Positions 40,069 through 50,436 of a DNA stretch of 64,000 nt are shown piece after piece. The notes below the pieces were generated by a model. It was not told the origin of the DNA, did no database searches, and saw only the letters and a program-made list of their open reading frames with translations. This stretch comes from Promethearchaeota archaeon. Lineage in GTDB: Archaea > Asgardarchaeota > Lokiarchaeia > Sigyniarchaeales > SOKP01. Both the position numbers and the translations under genes were made by a program. How positions within the stretch are numbered: position 1 is the first letter of the stretch; each line of letters opens with the position of its first letter. The DNA lies in contig JBHLNF010000011.1 of NCBI GenBank assembly GCA_048937405.1, forward strand, positions 1-64,000, in the 5' to 3' direction.

Positions 40069-42054
40069 TTAAGAATAAAACCTTAAAAGTGCCTCCAATA
40101 ATTCTTGCAGTGTTTCTAAGTTAGGGATAAATAAAAAAGTTCCAGTGACTTTTATATCTGTTATTATTACATTAGTAGTAATTACCAGTGATAATTTTTT
40201 AAGTAAACCAATTTCTTCTTTTAAAATTTTAAATAATTGACGTCCAGTATCTACACTCATATCTGGAGGTTCTGTCATTAATCTTATACCTAGTAGATCT
40301 CCAATAGCACTTACATAATGGCTACCCAATATATGCCCTAGTTCTGATATTGCACTATGATATAATTCAGGAAAATCGGATGCTTTATTTAACTTTTTTC
40401 TTAAATCGATTTGTTTTTTGTCATAATCATCCACTATTATAGAAGTTATATCTATAGCATCTTTCAAATTAAATAAAGTAAGTACCGTAGCTCTTGTTTT
40501 ACCAATTACATTACTCCAAGCAACCAAAAGTTTCTCATTTTTATTACTAATAGAATTCGCATATTCATCTAATTCAACCATCTCGACTGAGGGAATATTT
40601 ATATCTACTCGTTTATTAATCATCTGAGCTAAGGCATTAGCGGCATTTCCTGCACCAATATTTCCGACTTCTTGTAATGCATCTCTTTGTACTTCTGTAA
40701 GTTTTATCTTATCGAGATTAGGGACTTTTGATACTCTCTTTGTTGTCATTGTCTTGACAGCTATATCATGTTCAATTCCTAATCTGTTGAAAAATATCTT
40801 TAAGGTTTCGAGATCAGGAATAAAGAAGAACATACCGGTCAATTTCAAATCTGCTACTTTTATTGAAGTTTTTATTATTATAAAATATTGAGCAATAGAT
40901 TTTAATTCTTGAGAAAGAAATTCTCCGATTTCTCCGGCTTCGCTCATTGTAAATTCAGGAATATCAATCATCATTTTTGTTTCTAGTAAATCAGCTAAGG
41001 CTGAAGCATAATGTCCAGCCATGATATTACCCATCTCTACAATAGTAGAAACTGCAAAATCATCAAGATCCTTTTTAGATTTCACAGATTTAGGATCGAT
41101 TTTAGATTGATTCCCAGCTAAATCCGCAATCAATTTCATTAATGGGTGCATTTCAAAAATATTTAATATAGTTGCTTGAGAAGGTTTATCTATATGACAA
41201 AATATCCCACATACCTTTTCCTTATGTCCTCCAAATTGTTTTGGTAATTCATTTAAGGGTATAATACCTACATCTGTGAGAGAAACATCAATTTTCTTTT
41301 TAACTAATCTTGATAAGGCTGTAACCGCATTACCCGTTCCAATATTACCAAGTTCTTTAAGAATATCTTGCTGTTCCTCTGATAAAGATATTTGTTGAGG
41401 TTTTTTTTCTTCTGGAATTTTTGTTAATTTCATTTCGGACGATATGTTTTGAGGGATTACAACAGTTGATTCAATTGTAGGCTCTATTTTTGGTTTAGAT
41501 TTCAATTTAGGTTGTACTTTAGCACGTTCAAGGACTTTAGGCTTTAATTCTTGCTTCTTATCCGTTTTTTTTCCACTACCTTGTAGATACGGTTGGATTA
41601 AGGCATCTAAATCTAATAATATTAGTGCTTCATCCTGAAAAATTCCTGTTAATTTTATCAATCTAAAATCAATATTAGTTTTAACGATAGTACCCTGCTT
41701 TTTAAAGATTGAAAGGGGAATATCTCTAACACCAATTACAGCATCGACTAATAAAGCAATCTTCAAATCCTCATATTCTAATAGTAAAATTCGTGATGTA
41801 TTAGTGAATCCATAATCAATATCAATATCAGATATATTATGTCTTAAAGAGATAATCGAATAAATTTCTCCTCTTATATTAATAATTCCAACAAGAGATT
41901 TTTCTGCTAGTGGAACAGGAATGATATTTTCTCCTGGAACATATATTTCCTTTACATTTTCAACTTCTATAAGATATCTCTCATCAAGAACTTGAATAAT
42001 CACTACATTTAAAGTATCATTAAATTCCTCATTTTTAGCGTTTATTTCTAACAT
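40069..42054 (-). CDS. CheW-CheC-CheC fusion protein
   Basis: N-terminal CheW (IIPVP...VGIINIRGEI, ALLVDAV), K/P-rich linker, two CheC domains (ELGN/EMGN; EVGN/ELGH). Confidence 0.88.
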   Translation of the reverse strand: MLEINAKNEEFNDTLNVVIIQVLDERYLIEVENVKEIYVPGENIIPVPLAEKSLVGIINIRGEIYSIISLRHNISDIDIDYGFTNTSRILLLEYEDLKIALLVDAVIGVRDIPLSIFKKQGTIVKTNIDFRLIKLTGIFQDEALILLDLDALIQPYLQGSGKKTDKKQELKPKVLERAKVQPKLKSKPKIEPTIESTVVIPQNISSEMKLTKIPEEKKPQQISLSEEQQDILKELGNIGTGNAVTALSRLVKKKIDVSLTDVGIIPLNELPKQFGGHKEKVCGIFCHIDKPSQATILNIFEMHPLMKLIADLAGNQSKIDPKSVKSKKDLDDFAVSTIVEMGNIMAGHYASALADLLETKMMIDIPEFTMSEAGEIGEFLSQELKSIAQYFIIIKTSIKVADLKLTGMFFFIPDLETLKIFFNRLGIEHDIAVKTMTTKRVSKVPNLDKIKLTEVQRDALQEVGNIGAGNAANALAQMINKRVDINIPSVEMVELDEYANSISNKNEKLLVAWSNVIGKTRATVLTLFNLKDAIDITSIIVDDYDKKQIDLRKKLNKASDFPELYHSAISELGHILGSHYVSAIGDLLGIRLMTEPPDMSVDTGRQLFKILKEEIGLLKKLSLVITTNVIITDIKVTGTFLFIPNLETLQELLEALLRFYS

Positions 42055-42100
42055 TTTATTTACCTTTTTATTTCTCCTTTTTAATAAATAACTTTGATTT

Positions 42101-42934
42101 TCATTTTAACATAATCCCTTTCCAAATTAATTCTAATTCAGGTTCATCTTCGTTTACTTCTGTAAAAAAATCTACTTGTCTATGTACTGATATTTGCCCA
42201 CCTTTAGAATATTTAAATACATAATTTAACATATCATCTGTATTAGTAAAGTTAAAACCCGCAAGTTTTAATTCAGCATCATTAATAATAATTAAATCTT
42301 CTCTATTAAAAGGACGGTTTTCTTCAATCCATTCAATCCATATCTCTGAATTAAGTTCTTTATTGATAATTTTTATTGATTTATCAATTGGTATATTGCG
42401 GAATGATTTACCTACAGCAAATATGATTTTATCAGGAATTAAATTTTCATTCTTTGCAAATTCATTTATCTTAGCTATTGCTTTATTATAACTATCAATA
42501 TCTAAAACATCATAACATAGAGTTAAAATCACTTCATTTTCTTCAGTTTCAAGAATAAAATCAATTAATAAGTCTGGATTAAGATCTGCGTTAACTTTTA
42601 TCGTTTTGATATTTACGTCTGGTATATATTTAAGATATTGATAAAATCGCCACTTAATGCTTAATTTATCACTTTTTTCCCTGCTAATAAAAATTTGAAA
42701 CATTAATTTTAACTGTTCTATAGTCATTTTTGATAAATTAGCTAGTTTTTCCACATCTTTTCCTAGTTCGACATAATTAATTTTTGATTTTGCATTTGAA
42801 GTTTTTTTTCCAGAAAAATCTTCTAAAAAAATCTTTAATTCATTTTCAGTGAATTGGGGTAGTACTTGTTCAATAAGATATAATAAATATTCTTTTGATT
42901 TGTCATCCATCATTTCATAATACTGTAATTTCAT
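42101..42934 (-). CDS. Hypothetical protein (possible degenerate restriction-endonuclease-like alpha/beta fold)
   Basis: ATG 42934 follows GGAGG SD (preferred to TTG 42976); IDFILET..EVILTLC segment; fold is a guess. Confidence 0.65.
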   Translation of the reverse strand: MKLQYYEMMDDKSKEYLLYLIEQVLPQFTENELKIFLEDFSGKKTSNAKSKINYVELGKDVEKLANLSKMTIEQLKLMFQIFISREKSDKLSIKWRFYQYLKYIPDVNIKTIKVNADLNPDLLIDFILETEENEVILTLCYDVLDIDSYNKAIAKINEFAKNENLIPDKIIFAVGKSFRNIPIDKSIKIINKELNSEIWIEWIEENRPFNREDLIIINDAELKLAGFNFTNTDDMLNYVFKYSKGGQISVHRQVDFFTEVNEDEPELELIWKGIMLK

Positions 42935-42968
42935 ATTATTTCCTCCTAAATTTTTCTTAATTGTTTTT

Positions 42969-44996
42969 TTATCCAACGAAAAATGATTCTAACTCTGAAA
43001 ATTTTTTATCCTTTCCTGTTATGCTTTTTAGATAATACATTATCTCTCTTTCTTGGTAAGGTAAAAGAGTATCAATTGTGAAAGATATCTTTTGTTCACT
43101 ATTTTTCTTTGATTTACTCAGTTTATATTCTATATTTGAGGATATCATTTCAAAAGACCCTGGAAAAGAATCTGTAATATTAACATCATTCAATTTCATA
43201 TTTGAACCATTTTTTGCAGTAATATATATAGCAAATTCATTAGCATTCCTTCCTGGATAAATTTGTTTTCCAACAATTACTTTACGTCTCTTATGAGAAA
43301 TTCTTATTTTAGATTTATCTGTTTTAGATATCTCATCCGAGATCATAAAATATTCTTTTATATAACGATTTTTATATTTTGAATAAAATGTATAAACTCT
43401 AAGTGGGAAAATATAATCTTTTTTATAATCTGGGTTGACTGCTTTGATAGGATATTTCAATTCCAAGAAATCATCCACAGCAATAATTGATTCCAAAGGA
43501 CTTTTCTTTAAATTGATATTTAATTCAATCGTATGCTCATGAGATGAATCTTCATCATCAGGTTTTAGATTCATCTCAATATCCTCAATATCTAATTTAC
43601 CCGACGATTTGGATAATACAAATTCAGAAATATCTCTTGGAGGTAAAAAGTTTTCAGGGATTTTTTCAATAATTTGAAGACCGTTGATTGGAAGTGATCC
43701 TTGATTATTAATAATTATTTGTGAATGTATTAATGTTTCTTCAAATGATTTAACCTCTTCTTCTGATAATTTCTTTTTTATTGACGAATAAGCAACTTTA
43801 AAGAAATTGTCATCGAATCTAGAAGTAATCATTGAATTCTTCTCAGTTTCGTAACCAACTGTATATCCTACTTTTCTTGAAAAGATTGGCTCCTTCTCAT
43901 CAGTAACATAAAAATAATCTGATTTATATTTACCATGTGGATTAATTACTTTTTTACGTAATACTGATCTATCTAATTCTAGGATTTTGTTTTTTTTTGT
44001 CTTATCAAATATTGTTATAGAGTTTAATTTTAATGTAAAATCACTAAGGTTTTCGAATCTAAGAGAACATTTCCAATTATTAGGTTCATGAATTTTCTCT
44101 GTTTTCTTAATGGCATGCATTGCGTGTGAATATGCTGAGAAATGATCGACTCTTACACCTGATATTACTTTCTTTGATAAATTAAAGGTTACTTCAATGT
44201 TTCCTGTGTTGATATTTTCCTTCTTCTTAGGAAATATTTTCGCATAGATAATAATTTCAGCACTTTCTCCTGGATTTAAATCTTTTAATTGGCTCTCGAT
44301 AGAATTTCTTAAAATTTTAAATTCATTACTTTTATTGCTTTCAAACTCAAAATCATAAAAAGCTGGTACGAACGATTTTTTAAACTTAACATTATCAATT
44401 TTTGTGTTTGAAATGTTAATAATATAAATTGTAAATTTAATTGTATTTTCTTTTCCCCATAAAAGTAAATAATGTTTAGTAGGATTTTTTTTCGAGGATT
44501 CTATTTCATTTAACTCCATATCTTCAAAACTACTTTTAAAGAACCCAATATCTTCACTAAGATTTTCAATACTTTCGTTAACTTCTATTAAATCTGGTAA
44601 ATCTTCAGAATTTACAATTTCATATTTCAATACTTTATTTGAATTAGGCTCAAAGACACCTAAATTAAGATTATTTTCTGCTTTTTGATTATCAAATTGT
44701 GAACCAGAGAATTGTAAATTTGCATCCCAAATTCTATCTTTAACAGAATTATTAAAAATTGAAATATTCCCATTCCCTATAACTGATTTTCTTGTTCTAT
44801 CGTTTTGATAATGATATTCCAAGAATTCTTCATTCAATATTAATACTTCTGATGCAGTACCCATATAACTTGATTCAATTTTTTGTTCTCTATGATTTTT
44901 TTGGATAAGTTTACCGCCTTCCCTGATGGGGATACCAAGAAAATTTGGGCTTATTTTTGTTTTTAATTCGTCAAGATCAATTTTTTTAAAACCCAT
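42969..44996 (-). CDS. Cytoplasmic beta-sandwich repeat protein (DUF11/Ig-like)
   Basis: Repeats of I.I.N.S...I..V.I.(D/E/K).(I/F)P..F; no signal peptide or TM. Confidence 0.65.
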   Translation of the reverse strand: MGFKKIDLDELKTKISPNFLGIPIREGGKLIQKNHREQKIESSYMGTASEVLILNEEFLEYHYQNDRTRKSVIGNGNISIFNNSVKDRIWDANLQFSGSQFDNQKAENNLNLGVFEPNSNKVLKYEIVNSEDLPDLIEVNESIENLSEDIGFFKSSFEDMELNEIESSKKNPTKHYLLLWGKENTIKFTIYIINISNTKIDNVKFKKSFVPAFYDFEFESNKSNEFKILRNSIESQLKDLNPGESAEIIIYAKIFPKKKENINTGNIEVTFNLSKKVISGVRVDHFSAYSHAMHAIKKTEKIHEPNNWKCSLRFENLSDFTLKLNSITIFDKTKKNKILELDRSVLRKKVINPHGKYKSDYFYVTDEKEPIFSRKVGYTVGYETEKNSMITSRFDDNFFKVAYSSIKKKLSEEEVKSFEETLIHSQIIINNQGSLPINGLQIIEKIPENFLPPRDISEFVLSKSSGKLDIEDIEMNLKPDDEDSSHEHTIELNINLKKSPLESIIAVDDFLELKYPIKAVNPDYKKDYIFPLRVYTFYSKYKNRYIKEYFMISDEISKTDKSKIRISHKRRKVIVGKQIYPGRNANEFAIYITAKNGSNMKLNDVNITDSFPGSFEMISSNIEYKLSKSKKNSEQKISFTIDTLLPYQEREIMYYLKSITGKDKKFSELESFFVG

Positions 44997-45049
44997 TGCT
45001 TATTTCCTCTAAATTTTTCTTTTTGTGATATATTTATTATTTTAAAAAA

Positions 45050-47122
45050 TTAATTTAAATTAGTAATTATATTTTCTTCTGTTTTAGAGCTAATAATACT
45101 TAAAACATCAAGTATTAAACAAATTGTTCCTTCACCTGTAATTGTAGAGCCTAATATCTCGCGAGAATCAGAATAATTGGATTTAAAAGGTTTTACAACT
45201 ACATCCAGTTGTTGAAGTTGTTTATCGGCAACAAATATAGCTGAATTATCTTCATCCTTTTGACACCATATTGCAATTTTCTTATGAGAATTTGGAGTGC
45301 TTTCAGATCCCATGTTTAGATATTCATTTAAATGAATTAAAGGTATTGTATTTGAATCTATTTTATAATATTGTTCTCCGTCAATATATTCAACTTGGTT
45401 AGGATTGAAAAAATAAATTTGTTTAATATTTTCAGTTGGAATCGCAAATAAATCATCTGCTATTTGGATTAATTGTGCTCTTAAAATTGCCCTTGTAAAG
45501 GGTACGTCTATAGTAAATTTAGTACCTATGTCTTTTTCTGAATGGATTCTTAAATTACCACCTAAATCCTTAATTTTTTCAGCTACAATAGCTAAGCCCA
45601 TACCTCTTCCTGAAATAATATCCGCATCTCCTAATGTAGAAAAGCCGGGTAAAAGAATATAGTGGTGAAGATCTTCTTTTGTTAATTGTTGTGCTTCCTC
45701 GGAGTTATAATAACCTTTGCTTATAACTTTTGCTCTTATTTTATCATAATTAATTCCAGCACCATCATCTTGAATTTCTATGAAAATTGAGCCTGCCCTT
45801 CTGTATGTTTTTAGTTTTAAAACACCAAGTTCATTCTTCCCTTTTTTTTTCCGATTCTTAGGTAATTCAATTCCATGATAAATTGCATTTCTAATTAAAT
45901 GGACTAATGGAGAATTAATTTCTTCTAAGATTTTTCTATCAATTTCAACATTAGTTCCCTCTAGAATAAGCCTAATTTTTTTCCCAGTTTCATTTGCAAC
46001 ATCTCGGACTAATCGTTTATACTTTCTAAATGTTGATTCAACCCTTACTAGTTTTAATTTGAACAGAATTTCTTGAATATCCAAGAAGGGTTTATCCATT
46101 TGATCAATTAACCTTATTATTGTTCTGTCTTCTTTTTCCTTTAAAAGTTGACTAATATGATTTTTCATTATTACGAGTTCTCCGAAGTAATTCATGAGTT
46201 CCTCTAGATATTCAATGTTAACTTTAACACTCATGATTTTTATGTTTTGATCCGAATAACTACCTACAATCCGGGAAACACTCTCTACTTCTTCAATATC
46301 AGCTTCTTCATCAAAATCCTCAATAAGTATTTCCTCACTCATAGATTTTGACTTTTCAAGTTCCCATTTTTCTTTAAGATCATCTATAGTCTTACTAAAT
46401 TCTTCAGATTTTATTGGAGTGATTACTATACTTTCAATTTCAAGAATTTCATCTAAAATCTGAAAAAGATTATCTTTGGTAGTCTGAGTGATGTAAAAGA
46501 TTTCAAACTCACTTCTAATTGTAGCTTTTTCTAGCTCTTCAGGAGTAGGATTAGTCCAACATATTTTACCATTTTCATTTAATGCTCTAAATATTATGAA
46601 TAATCTTACTTTTTTAAAAACACAAGTTTCTTCAAGACGAATATAAATCTTAAATGATTTATTTTTATTTTGACTTAATAATTTTGTAATTTCATCTGAT
46701 TCTAAAGGTTGAATAAAAGTAATACTATAATCCGTTTCAAAAGTATCAAAGCTATTTTTTATATCTTCAACGAAATTTGCATCAAGATCATTCATATTTC
46801 CAGTTTTTACTCGCTTTAAAATATTTCTTAACACATCTAGACTCTCAAATAACATATCTATGAAATTTCCTTGTTTGGTTTTAGAAACATTATTATCTTT
46901 AGCATTATCTAAAAAAGATTCAAAATGATGGCAAAACTTAGACAAATTCTCAAAACCTGCCATAGCAGTTAATCCTTTTAATGTATGAAATGTAAAGAAT
47001 AGTTCTTTAATTGGTTTAGGATTATCTGGATTTTCTTCTAAAGCAAGAATTTCTTCTTCAGTCTTTTGAATTAAATCCTCTGCTTCACTTATGAAAAGCT
47101 TTATATCGTCATCAGATGACAC
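45050..47122 (-). CDS. cheA: Chemotaxis histidine kinase CheA
   Basis: Hpt FHTLKG, P2 (IRLEETCVFKKVR), dimerisation LMNYFGELVI, HLIRNAIYHGIE, DDGAGI, GFST, SGRGMGL, C-terminal CheW-like domain. Confidence 0.97.
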   Translation of the reverse strand: MSSDDDIKLFISEAEDLIQKTEEEILALEENPDNPKPIKELFFTFHTLKGLTAMAGFENLSKFCHHFESFLDNAKDNNVSKTKQGNFIDMLFESLDVLRNILKRVKTGNMNDLDANFVEDIKNSFDTFETDYSITFIQPLESDEITKLLSQNKNKSFKIYIRLEETCVFKKVRLFIIFRALNENGKICWTNPTPEELEKATIRSEFEIFYITQTTKDNLFQILDEILEIESIVITPIKSEEFSKTIDDLKEKWELEKSKSMSEEILIEDFDEEADIEEVESVSRIVGSYSDQNIKIMSVKVNIEYLEELMNYFGELVIMKNHISQLLKEKEDRTIIRLIDQMDKPFLDIQEILFKLKLVRVESTFRKYKRLVRDVANETGKKIRLILEGTNVEIDRKILEEINSPLVHLIRNAIYHGIELPKNRKKKGKNELGVLKLKTYRRAGSIFIEIQDDGAGINYDKIRAKVISKGYYNSEEAQQLTKEDLHHYILLPGFSTLGDADIISGRGMGLAIVAEKIKDLGGNLRIHSEKDIGTKFTIDVPFTRAILRAQLIQIADDLFAIPTENIKQIYFFNPNQVEYIDGEQYYKIDSNTIPLIHLNEYLNMGSESTPNSHKKIAIWCQKDEDNSAIFVADKQLQQLDVVVKPFKSNYSDSREILGSTITGEGTICLILDVLSIISSKTEENIITNLN

Positions 47123-47151
47123 ATAATCACCTTAATTCCTCTTTATTATAA

Positions 47152-47550
47152 TTATTTCTTCTCTACTGGTTTATTTTTAAGTATTCGGTCCATGACCTCT
47201 AATATTTGCTCGGTCTTGAAGGGCTTTTGTATAAAGTCTTTTGCCCCTTTCTTCGCTGCTTCAAGAACTAAAGCTTCCTGACCTAGCGCAGAAACTACTA
47301 TAATTACTGCTTTCGGGTTTATTTTTAAAATCTCCTCTGTTGCTTCAATACCACCCTTTTCTGGCATTACTAAATCCATGGTTACTAAATCAGGATTTAA
47401 TTTCTTATATAGGGAGATTGCTTCTACACCATTCGAAGCTTCGCCTACAACCTCAATTTGTTCGATTTTATTAATTATGTTTTTCAACATATTCCGGGTG
47501 AATTGTGCGTCATCTACTATTAGGACCTTTTTTTTATTATTCTTTGACAT
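47152..47550 (-). CDS. cheY: Chemotaxis response regulator CheY
   Basis: VLIVDDAQFTR, PDLVTMDLVMP, VSALGQ, GAKDFIQKPF (archaeal/Firmicute CheY pattern). Confidence 0.95.
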   Translation of the reverse strand: MSKNNKKKVLIVDDAQFTRNMLKNIINKIEQIEVVGEASNGVEAISLYKKLNPDLVTMDLVMPEKGGIEATEEILKINPKAVIIVVSALGQEALVLEAAKKGAKDFIQKPFKTEQILEVMDRILKNKPVEKK

Positions 47551-47577
47551 TTTATCAACTCCTATTTTTATTTAAGT

Positions 47578-48111
47578 TTAGGTTGATGCCGATAAATCTT
47601 TCTGGATTTTGAGTTTATCTACATCACTAAAAATCTTACTTAAATCAAGCAATATCCTTGGTCTTTCTTCAAATTTAATAATTCCCTTGATATATTCCAT
47701 TGCAACACTGGTCTGAAATATTGGACTCAATCCTATTATTTCAGCTGGTTTTATATGATCAATACTAAGGATAGAATCTGAATAAAAACCGATTAAATCA
47801 TTATCTATTTTTAGAATTATTATAAATTTTTTATTAGTTTTTGAATCTTGCTTAAATGAAGAACGCCTTGATTGATACAATTCTGAGTTAGTTAATTCTA
47901 ATTTTTTCGTCAGGTTAATTACATGAATAATTTCTCCTCTATAATTGTAAATGCCATCTATATAATCCACACTTTTGGGTAGTTTTCTAACTAAACCTGC
48001 TTGAATTATCTCCTTTACATCATATAAATCTATACAGAACTCTTCCCATCCAATTTGAAAGGATAGGATAGAAACTTGATTCAGTCCTTCATAATTTTGT
48101 TTTTGGCTCAT
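47578..48111 (-). CDS. cheW: Chemotaxis adaptor CheW
   Basis: FQIG.EEFCI...VKEII, LP...YIDGIYNYRGEII.VINL, YIKGIIK...ILLDL. Confidence 0.92.
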   Translation of the reverse strand: MSQKQNYEGLNQVSILSFQIGWEEFCIDLYDVKEIIQAGLVRKLPKSVDYIDGIYNYRGEIIHVINLTKKLELTNSELYQSRRSSFKQDSKTNKKFIIILKIDNDLIGFYSDSILSIDHIKPAEIIGLSPIFQTSVAMEYIKGIIKFEERPRILLDLSKIFSDVDKLKIQKDLSAST

Positions 48112-48129
48112 TTTTTTATAACCTATTTT

Positions 48130-48948
48130 TTATATTATAAAATATTGATTAATTTTTTTTTCAAATTCGTTAAATGGAGTAACATCTCCATTAAAATCTT
48201 TTATATAATCGCGGAAATCGAAGATAAATTCGTCCGCGATAAGATACATATACCTTTGAAGTAATGAATTCATATTTTCAACCAAGAAAGCAAAGATAAC
48301 ATTACTTTTTGATATTACATAAAATTGTTGGTTCCCAAAATTAATTTCCTTAAGCTTTGCTCCCGTTTCCTCACCAATTATCGTATTTGAAAATGACAAT
48401 AAAGCGGATATAAATCCACCTATGTGAACTTCGTGCTCGGCTATATTTGATCGATTTTTATTAATTTTAGATACAAATGGACTTCCTGTAGAACCTATAA
48501 TGAATATTGCAATAACACCATCAGATTTTGGAATTTCAATCTCAGATTTAAAAACATTTTTTATTTCTGATAAAGGAGCATTAGAGAGAATTTGTTTATT
48601 TATTTTTTTCGACAAAAAATATAATTTTGGATAATTAACTGGAACATTTGGTTCTTTTTCTTCCATATACACTATAACAGAAATATTTTTTTCTCCATTT
48701 CTAAAATATTGTATATAAATTGTAAAATCCTCTAATGGAATAATTGAGTTTCCCTGCCTTTTATCAACAATTTCATTTTTATATAACTCAAAAATATTTT
48801 GAATTAACGATACTCCAATGCCCTTCTGAAAAACTACATTGAGCTTTCCACCATTCTCGAGGTCTGAAATGTCCAATAGACCATAACCGAGCATATGTAA
48901 TTTTTCAATTGGTTTACTTGAATTTCGATTTGTATCCATAGCGATCAT
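48130..48948 (-). CDS. Longin-like domain protein
   Basis: C-terminal IFIIGSTGSPF...IGGFISALLSFS.....LKEINFG..FYV......FAFLV.....EF...F...FNGDVTPF, an Asgard longin pattern. Confidence 0.7.
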   Translation of the reverse strand: MIAMDTNRNSSKPIEKLHMLGYGLLDISDLENGGKLNVVFQKGIGVSLIQNIFELYKNEIVDKRQGNSIIPLEDFTIYIQYFRNGEKNISVIVYMEEKEPNVPVNYPKLYFLSKKINKQILSNAPLSEIKNVFKSEIEIPKSDGVIAIFIIGSTGSPFVSKINKNRSNIAEHEVHIGGFISALLSFSNTIIGEETGAKLKEINFGNQQFYVISKSNVIFAFLVENMNSLLQRYMYLIADEFIFDFRDYIKDFNGDVTPFNEFEKKINQYFII

Positions 48949-49420
48949 ATTAGAGTCATATTTAGATTTTTGTGGAACTTCTGTTTAAATGGACTAATTT
49001 TAGAAATCTTTTCGAATAAATTAATTCGTGTTGTAAAAAATTAATTATTCAAAGATTTTTTTATATTCTCTACTTTGCTTTGAACTAAAAAAAATATAAT
49101 AAAAAGGATTTATAAAATTTCGTTTAACAAAAAATGTGATAAGAAGAAAAAAAACAAAATAATAGGATGTTGGGTTAAATATGTTAAAAAGTTTTAGTAT
49201 GATAAATATTTAAATACTTTGAATAAATTACATAAATAGTAATATTTTGAATGCCAAAATATATAATTTTAAAATAGTTTTGCATCCAAAAAAAGGGTTT
49301 TACATACATACTATATTATTTTATAGTTGTCTTTAAGTGGTATTATAAATAGTGTATAGAATATTTTTAAAATTGAAAATATGTTTAATTTAAACTACTC
49401 TAAAATTAAGGAGTATAAAA

Positions 49421-50065
49421 ATGAATGCTCAAGAGGACCTAAATCAGGGAAATGAAATCTATTTACATGAGATTAATATTCGATGCCCACAATGCTCATC
49501 CAATAAGAATTTGAAGATACCAAAAAAAGTCATCGATCAAAGCAAACAGTTGACTACAATCTCAATTCCTTCAAATTTATGTTGCGAACATAGTTTTCAA
49601 GCTTTTGTGGATAAAAACTTTATTGTTAGAGGCTATCAAAAAGTAGATTTTGAATTCTCACATATGGAATTTTATGAAAGTGGTGATGATACTTCTGATA
49701 CCCTTGAATTTACTTCTTTACCAGTTTTTCAGAATATAATCCAATTATTAAGAGATTGTGTAGATGATAATGAAATAATAGGGTCAGGAATCTTTACCGA
49801 TGAGGGAAAAGTATTATATTCTTCTTTACCGCAAACTACTTTATTCAATACAATTAAAGAATTTGAAGTTCGAAATCAGAAGAACCTAATTAGTGTAAAA
49901 AAAATGTATCTCGAATTAGAGAATAACGAGAAGTTTATCTCGAATGTTTTTTCTTTTAATGGAAATAAATTTAATTTGGTCTTAATGTTTGCTTTTAGAG
50001 TAAAATTTGGGATGGGCAACCTTCACATGCGTGATCTCTTAAAAAAGATAAAAAAAATTCATTGA
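49421..50065 (+). CDS. Zn-ribbon plus roadblock-like domain protein
   Basis: CPQC...CCEH.FQAFVDKNF.VRGYQ; C-terminal IGSGIFTDEGKVLYSSL. Confidence 0.65.
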   Translation: MNAQEDLNQGNEIYLHEINIRCPQCSSNKNLKIPKKVIDQSKQLTTISIPSNLCCEHSFQAFVDKNFIVRGYQKVDFEFSHMEFYESGDDTSDTLEFTSLPVFQNIIQLLRDCVDDNEIIGSGIFTDEGKVLYSSLPQTTLFNTIKEFEVRNQKNLISVKKMYLELENNEKFISNVFSFNGNKFNLVLMFAFRVKFGMGNLHMRDLLKKIKKIH

Positions 50066-50436
50066 AAAAATTAATTCATTTCATTTTATAATTAGATTAA
50101 TTTATTGTAAAATTTAAAATCGAGATTCTTGATTTGAAATTTTTTAATAATAGGAAGTTTTCAGACAACGTGATTTTGTTTAGTTTTTTACTCACAAATT
50201 TCAAATAGAAATAGGATTATTGATAAAATTTAAAGAGAAACTGAATATTGTGTTTACTTATATTATTTATTATTTATCCCAAAAAATGAATCTAATAAAA
50301 TAATTTGCCACAAAAAAAGTTTCTAAATCTTTATTAAGATATTTTTGTATGTAAAGTTATTTTTATTAAAAATATAAACGAAATATTTAAGAAGATATAT
50401 TCTAAAATATACTTAATCAAAAAGATTTAAAAATTA

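Noticed and set aside
42101-42934. Active restriction endonuclease partner for the orphan MTase
   Set aside because: No complete PD-(D/E)xK motif, 24 kb from the MTase, and embedded in the che cluster.
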